Shown here: one piece after another, positions 52,400 to 58,677 of the stretch
Layout of the letters: each line of letters opens with the position of its first letter
How positions within the stretch are numbered: the stretch's first letter is position 1
Virus record (IMG/VR): IMGVR_UViG_3300032295_004333
Span: 1-58,677 of that record
Length of the DNA stretch: 58,677 nucleotides
Strand: one strand, 5' to 3'
DNA from: a virus
Taxonomy: Duplodnaviria > Caudoviricetes
Made by a program: the position numbers and the translations under genes
The notes under the pieces: model-generated
Databases searched by the model: none
Told to the model about the DNA's origin: nothing
The model's input: only the letters and a program-made list of their open reading frames with translations

Positions 52400-54873
52400 A
52401 AGTTTAAGTTGATTGAAAGAGAGACTGATTGTTCGTTGTTTGTTTTAATCAAATCTCTGTTGTTTATTTTTTGATAAAATCTTGTTGGTTGTGCTAGCAA
52501 ATCCCCAACAGATAATTTTATTTCTCCATTTTTTAATTTTCTTAGAATAACCATGTCTATAACATCTCTTGAGTTTTCGAAAATATCAGGATACCCTTGG
52601 AATCCGACTGCAGATATTCTTTCACCAATTCTGTTATATGTTATTGATACTGAATTTTTATTTTTGTGGAAATTTAAACCTCCGTTTACAATATAATTTG
52701 ATTGTCCTTGTAATTGTCTTTTTATTTGACCCACATTAACGTTTGAATTTATGAGAGCTGAGTTGGTATAGACATCAATCCAATCATTCATTTTTTTTCT
52801 GAACTCAAATTCGATACCCATAACAGAAGCTTGGTTTGGGTTTGTATAAGTTAAAAGTAGATTTGACGGAACCGAACCATCTGCAACAATCTGTTCTATT
52901 GGTCTGATGAAATTTTTACTGAAAACTCCGATTGAAAAGTTTTCACCAACTTTTGGATAATGTTCCCATTTCAAATCAAAATTGTAGATATCAGTTTTTT
53001 CAAGTTTCGGATTACCTAAAAGTTGAGCGTTTCTTACGAAATCATAATATGCGAAGTTTGCAACTTCTCTAAACTCAGGTCTTGCTAAAGTTTTAGATAA
53101 TGAAAATCTGAACTTATCTTTTTCTAAATTGTAGGAGAGATTAGCGGACGGTAAAAAGTCCAAATATTCTCTATTAACATTTACTCTTGTTCCACTGAAA
53201 TCTGATGTGTTAACTTGGAATATGTTATATTCTGTTCTAACACCACCATTAAATTTCCATTTGTTCCAAGTCTTATCATATTGAACATAAGCATTTGAAA
53301 GGTCAAAGTCGGCAGAATATCTATCAGTATTGTTTGTGATTTCGTTTAATAAATCAACCGCATCATATCTGAATATTCTTGCTTGAAAATTTCTGAACTT
53401 TTTAAGGTGTCCTCCACCAACTTTAAAATCACCGAAGTCTTTATCTACTGAACCATTGAATTGGTTCTCATCCATCACCGACCAGAATCTATAAGTGTCT
53501 CTCCAAGCAATTGAAAAATTATCGTTTGTTCCCAATGACTTTGTTATTGGATTAACTCTATAATCGGGTTGGTCTCTTAACATTAAGTTATAACCCAAAA
53601 TGAAATCCCATGTCTTTATCTTACCTTCAAATTGAGAGTTAAATATTGTTTTAACTATTGTGTTTGATGAGTTGCTATTAACATATTGAACGTTATCATA
53701 ATTCTCCCCATTTCTTTGTAGATATGAAGTTTCAACCTGACGATTTAAAATTGATTTCCAAGAGAATTTATTATCACCAATATAAGTTACGTTGAATAGT
53801 CCACTAATAGAACTGTTATCAGTAAACAAAGTGTCTCTGTATTTGTAAGCAAGTTCAGTTGAACTTTGGTAATCCAATCTATCTGTGTAGTTCAGACCAA
53901 ATGACTTTCTTGCATTTGAACTAAACAGGTAATTCCATTTTGATTTTTTCAAACCGAATGAAAGACCACCATTAAAGTTTGGGGTTGATAAAAAGTTACG
54001 GTCATTTCCATTAACCATAAGTTTTGTATATGCCCTTCTATCTCCAATTGTTCCAATTCTGAATTTGTATGTTGACGGAAATTTGGTGGGGAAGGTTATA
54101 TTTTCCACCAATCTGAAATCTCTTAAACTCGAAACCGTTCCATAACTTGTTCCGAGTGATAAGGACAAAAAATTATCGTTTACCTCCTTTGTTGTAACTT
54201 GAACGACTCCACCAGCAAAATCACCAGGTAATGATGGAGATGCTGATTTCAACACCATCACGTTATCTATAAGACTTGATGGAATGATATCAAATGAGAA
54301 TGACCTTCTATCAGGTTCTGTCGAAGGTAAAATTGTTTTATTTAAAAATGAAAGGTTATATCTATCAGAAAGTCCTCTAACCAAAACGAACTTATCGTTT
54401 TGAATTGTAACCCCATTAACTCTTTTCAAAACGTCTCCAACAGTTCTATCAGGAGTTTTTTTAATATATTCAATTGAAAGTCCGTCTGAAACAACATTAT
54501 TATTTCTTATAGTTCTGATAACAGAAACTTCTGTTACTTTCTGTGGTACACTTCTTACCACAACTTCATTTAGTTGAGTTGTATTATCTTGAAATACTAT
54601 ATCGAAGTTAGTATCTCCTTCAATTGATAGGTCTTTCAGATATTCTTTGTAACCTACGTAGGTTGCTTTTATCTGATACTTTCCTTGTTTTAAGACAATT
54701 GAATATTTTCCGTCTTGGTCTGATAATGTGGTGAACGTTTCGCCTTTTTCATTTTTGAAACTTATATGTGAAAAGTATATGGTTTCAGTTTTAGAACTTG
54801 TTGTACCCTTAACAGTTACTTGAGAAAATAAAAAATTGGGTAGAATTAAAAATAAGAATAAAAGTTGTTTCAT
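52396..54873 (-). CDS. TonB-dependent receptor
   Basis: Signal peptide, carboxypeptidase-regulatory-like domain, LNEVVV TonB box, plug VRGLSDRY..LPS.EPD.R...FDIIP, barrel ARPEFRE, GNPKL. Confidence 0.92.
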   Translation of the reverse strand: MKQLLFLFLILPNFLFSQVTVKGTTSSKTETIYFSHISFKNEKGETFTTLSDQDGKYSIVLKQGKYQIKATYVGYKEYLKDLSIEGDTNFDIVFQDNTTQLNEVVVRSVPQKVTEVSVIRTIRNNNVVSDGLSIEYIKKTPDRTVGDVLKRVNGVTIQNDKFVLVRGLSDRYNLSFLNKTILPSTEPDRRSFSFDIIPSSLIDNVMVLKSASPSLPGDFAGGVVQVTTKEVNDNFLSLSLGTSYGTVSSLRDFRLVENITFPTKFPSTYKFRIGTIGDRRAYTKLMVNGNDRNFLSTPNFNGGLSFGLKKSKWNYLFSSNARKSFGLNYTDRLDYQSSTELAYKYRDTLFTDNSSISGLFNVTYIGDNKFSWKSILNRQVETSYLQRNGENYDNVQYVNSNSSNTIVKTIFNSQFEGKIKTWDFILGYNLMLRDQPDYRVNPITKSLGTNDNFSIAWRDTYRFWSVMDENQFNGSVDKDFGDFKVGGGHLKKFRNFQARIFRYDAVDLLNEITNNTDRYSADFDLSNAYVQYDKTWNKWKFNGGVRTEYNIFQVNTSDFSGTRVNVNREYLDFLPSANLSYNLEKDKFRFSLSKTLARPEFREVANFAYYDFVRNAQLLGNPKLEKTDIYNFDLKWEHYPKVGENFSIGVFSKNFIRPIEQIVADGSVPSNLLLTYTNPNQASVMGIEFEFRKKMNDWIDVYTNSALINSNVNVGQIKRQLQGQSNYIVNGGLNFHKNKNSVSITYNRIGERISAVGFQGYPDIFENSRDVIDMVILRKLKNGEIKLSVGDLLAQPTRFYQKINNRDLIKTNNEQSVSLSINLNL

Positions 54874-54931
54874 AGTTGAGTGTCTTGTCCCAATAATTAT
54901 GGTTCCAACTTTCCAATCCCTTATTTTTGGT

Positions 54932-54970
54932 ATTAACAAATGGTTAAGATATGCAAACAATTAAGTAACA
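54932..54970. promoter_or_regulatory. putative OmpR/PhoB-type operator (10-11-bp periodic repeats)
   Basis: TTAAC 54933, TTAAG 54944, CAAAC 54954, GTAAC 54965 upstream of the TBDR. Confidence 0.4.
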
Positions 54971-54997
54971 AAAAACCCCAACCATAGGTCGGGGTTT
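54970..54997 (-). terminator. terminator after the tmRNA
   Basis: AAACCCC.ACC/GGT.GGGGTTT hairpin. Confidence 0.7.
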
Positions 54998-55002
54998 ATT
55001 TT

Positions 55003-55407
55003 TGGTGGAGAAGACGGGAGTCGAACCCGTGTCTTGTTCGCGATAACTATAAGTGACTACACGTTTATTTGATTGGTTCTCAATCAACAAATAGTTGGTT
55101 TCTAACAGAGTCACCAACAAACCTGTTCCGACTCGGATTTTCAAGAGCCAGCCGATGTGCTCCAACACTCTTAAGGGTGGTGTTACACCTGAGGGACTTC
55201 TGTTCCTAGGTTATCTGTCCGCCGACCCGTGGGTTAAGCCCCTAACTTAGTTAGGCCTTAACAACAGCTTCCTCAGCGATAAGACCGAGAGTAGCCATTT
55301 TAGCAAAAGTATTGCCAGTTATATTTCAAATCAGTTTTTAAGGAGTTAACTCAGCTCCTACGTGCCACTTATACCCACACACGCCAATCAATTGCCATGA
55401 CTTCCCC
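55003..55407 (-). ncRNA. ssrA: tmRNA
   Basis: 5' GGGGAAG pairs with 3' CTTCTCC-ACCA (G3.U70); T-arm ACGGG-TTCGACT-CCCGT; resume context ATAACT-GGC; tag ORF at 55316-55251. Confidence 0.93.
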
Positions 55408-55427
55408 ATAATTTTCAAAGAACAAAG

Positions 55428-55435
55428 CAAATATA
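55428..55435 (-). promoter_or_regulatory. Bacteroidota sigma-A -7 element (TATATTTG) for the tmRNA
   Basis: Matches the TAnnTTTG consensus; one of at least 15 such sites upstream of genes in this window. Confidence 0.7.
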
Positions 55436-55479
55436 GGTATAAATATTTCATTTCCAAACATAACTTCTATTTATTTGAT

Positions 55480-56523
55480 ATGGAATTAGGTGATTCATTT
55501 TATGGGTTGAGAAACTTTGTTAAGGGTAGAATTTCTAAATATGAATTAGAAGGGATAGACCCATTAATTGATAGGATTCAAGAAGACCGTACTAATAGGG
55601 CACAATCTACTGTGATATTAACTCCCAAGTCATCAGATGACTTTTGTAAGATGATAGGTTTGGGTGATGACGACGCATATTTCTATCAAAACATTACATC
55701 ACCATACTCTAGCTATGAATTATATGATAGCTATCAAGTCAAACAAGATTTCAAAGAGGGGTATGGATTGTGGTATGAATTTGATGATGATTCCAAGGAA
55801 TCACTCAACAAAATTGCCAAATATTTTTTCAAAATGTCTCTCAATTGGAACGATGAAAGTAACTTAGGAGATTTTGCGGAAAAACTTTTGGATACTTTTC
55901 CAAGGAATATTGATAACATTATTGATGATTTCACGGTTGAAAAAAATTATGAATTCAATAGAGTTGCAAGGGAACATGTGGAAAAGGAAATTGAAAATTA
56001 TTTAACTAATTTTGGTTTTCAATTATACGGTGACTATAGTTTTGAAACTAAAATTGCCGACTTAGTTTCACTTTATCTCCAATATGGGGTACCTCACCTA
56101 TCACTAAAAAAACTTTTCAAAACAATATTTGAAAATTCTGAAAAAAATATTGGAGGTTGGGATGAGGACAGATATGAGTATCAGGATGAACAACATTTTG
56201 ATAGGGCATCATTCAACAGGACTGTAGAAAATGAATTAGAAAAAATTATGGGGGACTTGGAAGATGGTCAAGATTCAGATTCATTGAAAAAATATTTGGA
56301 GTTAGTTGATAAGATAACATCGAAATTCAGAATAGGAACTTGGTATAAATTACCCAAAGATGATGATATATTTTTTATGATAAAAGGTTTCGACAGAGAT
56401 ACTAATATGATTGACTTATCTCTCAAAAGACACGGACACACTCCATTGAAAAACTTTTCAATTTCTGAGGAAGGGTTTTACAAATTACTTTATCAACCAG
56501 AATTATTTCGTTTGGAATTCTAA
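55480..56523 (+). CDS. hypothetical acidic protein
   Basis: 347-aa ORF; TATTTAT at 55468-55474. Confidence 0.7.
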   Translation: MELGDSFYGLRNFVKGRISKYELEGIDPLIDRIQEDRTNRAQSTVILTPKSSDDFCKMIGLGDDDAYFYQNITSPYSSYELYDSYQVKQDFKEGYGLWYEFDDDSKESLNKIAKYFFKMSLNWNDESNLGDFAEKLLDTFPRNIDNIIDDFTVEKNYEFNRVAREHVEKEIENYLTNFGFQLYGDYSFETKIADLVSLYLQYGVPHLSLKKLFKTIFENSEKNIGGWDEDRYEYQDEQHFDRASFNRTVENELEKIMGDLEDGQDSDSLKKYLELVDKITSKFRIGTWYKLPKDDDIFFMIKGFDRDTNMIDLSLKRHGHTPLKNFSISEEGFYKLLYQPELFRLEF

Positions 56524-56546
56524 TATATAATTCGTATTTTTGTTTA

Positions 56547-57386
56547 ATGACTAAAAATATAGAGTTACTCAAACAAGTTTTAAGTATACCCACCAAAACC
56601 TATAAAGAAGATTTGATGGTTGATTACCTTACAAAGTGGTTGGCAGCCAACAACATCGATTATTATGTGGATAATAAAAAGAATATCTACGCAACCAAGA
56701 AAAGTTCAGAAACTCTTCCCGATGATTTTTATTACCCTTGTGTAATTTCGCACACAGACACTGTTCACAATCTTGATACAATAAACGTAATTGAGGAACA
56801 ACTACCAAACGCTCAAGGTGAAGTTAAGTTATCACTCAAAGGTTATAATGACTTAGGTCAACCTACAGGGATTGGTGGTGATGATAAGTGTGGTGTTTTT
56901 GCTTGTATGACTCTTCTTAGAGAATTACCTTTCCTCAAGGCAGCATTCTTTGTTTCTGAGGAGACAGGTTGCCATGGTTCAAAAAGTGCAGACCCAAAGT
57001 TTTTCGAAAATGTTGGGTATGGTATCCAATTCGACGCACCTGAAAACTGGATGATTACTGAAAAATGTTTCGGACAAATCCTATTTGACCGAGACTCAGA
57101 TTTCTTTAAATCCTGTGATGAGGTTCTTACTGAGGGAATGGTGAAGGAGAATATGAAATATATGGTACACCCTTACACGGATGTTTATGCTTTGAGGGGT
57201 AAGTTTGATTTTTCTTGTATTAATTTTTCAATAGGTTACTATGACTATCACACTAAAGATGAATATGTTGTTGTAGACGATGTTTTCAACGGAATTGAGA
57301 TGGGAAGAAAAATGATTGAAAAATTGGGTCACAAACTTCACTTCAAAAAGTCACAAGAATATATCAGAAGATATTACGGTGACTAA
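56547..57386 (+). CDS. M20/M28-family zinc peptidase
   Basis: SHTDTVH, GGDDKCG, SEETG, QFD, YHT. Confidence 0.85.
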   Translation: MTKNIELLKQVLSIPTKTYKEDLMVDYLTKWLAANNIDYYVDNKKNIYATKKSSETLPDDFYYPCVISHTDTVHNLDTINVIEEQLPNAQGEVKLSLKGYNDLGQPTGIGGDDKCGVFACMTLLRELPFLKAAFFVSEETGCHGSKSADPKFFENVGYGIQFDAPENWMITEKCFGQILFDRDSDFFKSCDEVLTEGMVKENMKYMVHPYTDVYALRGKFDFSCINFSIGYYDYHTKDEYVVVDDVFNGIEMGRKMIEKLGHKLHFKKSQEYIRRYYGD

Positions 57387-57991
57387 ATAAAATTTTCCAA
57401 TTTATCCAAATGCCTTTTAACCATCGGGTGGTCTTGAATATCGATATATTCATCCCCCGATTTTTTTATTTTTTTGATTGAATCAATTATGTATTCTAAT
57501 TGTTTCTTTATTGCTTGAGACATATTAGGGTATTGTACAATGTACTGAGAAAGTCTAAATTCTTTTTTAGCAAAGTCTAAGGGAATACCCAATTTCATGA
57601 TTAGGGTTGCAACCATATTTTTTGCAAATTGGTCTGAATCCAATTCCATTTCCCAGTATTGTTCGTATAAATTTTCGAAATCCTCTAAATCATAATCTTG
57701 TAGAGGGTTCAACATCTTAATATCCCTGACTTGCTGTTCGTGTCTTATCTCATGAAAAATGGTGTATAAAAAATCACCTATCGTAGACATTTTGTTTGGT
57801 GAACAGATTATTATTTGGTCCCTTGTTCTAACACCAGCAAAACCTGTTGAACATGAGTTTAAAAACTTCACATTAAGTTCATTTTTTGTGATGTAACGAA
57901 CGATAAATTTTTCTATTTCGTCAACCTTGGATTTGTATTGTTCAGGGAAGTCACTTTTGAACTGATTGAAAAGTCTCGATAAATTACTCAT
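57383..57991 (-). CDS. putative zincin metalloprotease-domain protein
   Basis: FHEIRHEQQ (HExxH) plus ELDSD; TATTTATA upstream. Confidence 0.65.
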   Translation of the reverse strand: MSNLSRLFNQFKSDFPEQYKSKVDEIEKFIVRYITKNELNVKFLNSCSTGFAGVRTRDQIIICSPNKMSTIGDFLYTIFHEIRHEQQVRDIKMLNPLQDYDLEDFENLYEQYWEMELDSDQFAKNMVATLIMKLGIPLDFAKKEFRLSQYIVQYPNMSQAIKKQLEYIIDSIKKIKKSGDEYIDIQDHPMVKRHLDKLENFI

Positions 57992-58015
57992 GTTTATAAA
58001 TATGAAAAAAGGGAC

Positions 58016-58677
58016 TTATCGTCCCTTTTTTTCTACTACCACTGTTTCACCGTCAACTTTCAAATTGTAGGTTTTGTTCTCAATCATTTTTCCTGTGAGA
58101 ACCTCCTCAGAAAGTAAGTCTTCGATTTTATCTTGAATTGCTCTCTTAAGCGGTCTTGCTCCATATAGTTCATCAAAACCAACCTTTGAGAGATATTCAA
58201 CTAAGGTATCATCATAACAAATTTTATAATTCATTTCTTGTAATCTACCAGTCAACTTCTTCAACTCAATTTCAGTAATCTTCTTGATATCGTCTTTACT
58301 CAAACTGTTGAATACAATGGTATCATCAATACGGTTAATAAATTCAGGAGAGAAGAAATTTTTCATTTCTTTCATCAACACTTGTTTTTTCGCCTCTTCG
58401 TTTCCGTAAGTGCTCGTACCGAAACCAATACCAGTTCCAAAGTCCTGTAGTTTCTTAACACCCAAGTTTGAAGTTAGAATAATCAAAGTGTTTTTGAAGT
58501 TAATCTTTCTACCTAAACTATCTGTAACGTGACCGTCATCCAAGATTTGAAGAAGTACTGTGAATACATCTTTGTGAGCTTTCTCTACCTCGTCAAACAA
58601 GATAACTGAGTACGGTTTGTTCTTAACTTTTTCAGTTAATAAACCACCTTCTTCGTATCCAACATAACCTGGAGGAG
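58016..58677 (-). CDS. clpC: ClpB/ClpC-family AAA+ ATPase, C-terminal part (5' end outside the window)
   Basis: PPGYVGYEEGG, FDEVEKAH, LLQILDDG, ILTSN, PEFINRID, GARPLKR. Confidence 0.9.
   Translation of the reverse strand, partial: PPGYVGYEEGGLLTEKVKNKPYSVILFDEVEKAHKDVFTVLLQILDDGHVTDSLGRKINFKNTLIILTSNLGVKKLQDFGTGIGFGTSTYGNEEAKKQVLMKEMKNFFSPEFINRIDDTIVFNSLSKDDIKKITEIELKKLTGRLQEMNYKICYDDTLVEYLSKVGFDELYGARPLKRAIQDKIEDLLSEEVLTGKMIENKTYNLKVDGETVVVEKKGR

Noticed and set aside
54944-55168. 74-aa ORF
   Set aside because: It lies within the tmRNA 3' half and its terminator.
1-58677. Alternative genetic code (stop-codon recoding), as in some large Bacteroidota phages
   Set aside because: Conserved genes (thyA, clpP, ppk2, TBDR) are full length in code 11, coding density is high, and no CTA/TCA suppressor tRNA was seen.
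1-58677. CRISPR array or cas genes
   Set aside because: No regularly spaced direct repeats and no Cas motifs were seen.
1-58677. Bacterial chromosome rather than phage
   Set aside because: No ribosomal or housekeeping operons; the endolysin, many small orphans, dense tRNA arrays and a non-host promoter motif point to a large phage. No capsid or terminase gene is in the window, so this remains inference.

Overview
This AT-rich, gene-dense window reads as part of a large (jumbo/huge) tailed phage genome infecting Bacteroidota. Host evidence: many TAnnTTTG promoters, a T9SS C-terminal sorting domain, Bacteroidota-style lipoproteins and a TonB-dependent receptor (TBDR). Standard code 11 gives intact ORFs. 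It contains 18 tRNAs, a tmRNA with an atypical tag, thyA, ppk2, clpP, a partial ClpB/C ATPase, a GH19 endolysin, two tandem carbamoyltransferases, 2OG-Fe(II) oxygenases, sulfotransferases, HNH and Vsr-like nucleases, and many hypothetical genes preceded by a second motif, TATTTAT(A), a putative phage late promoter. The most striking candidate new system is a 7-gene envelope operon (7552-14398) just upstream of the endolysin. It encodes a cohesin/dockerin-like T9SS cargo protein, a dockerin-like C-type-lectin protein without a sorting signal, a CsgG-like protein, a possible beta-barrel and membrane proteins. Also notable are several unannotated structured RNAs inside the tRNA arrays and short peptide-plus-terminator units in front of those arrays. 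All family assignments come from motif recognition by eye; no searches were run.
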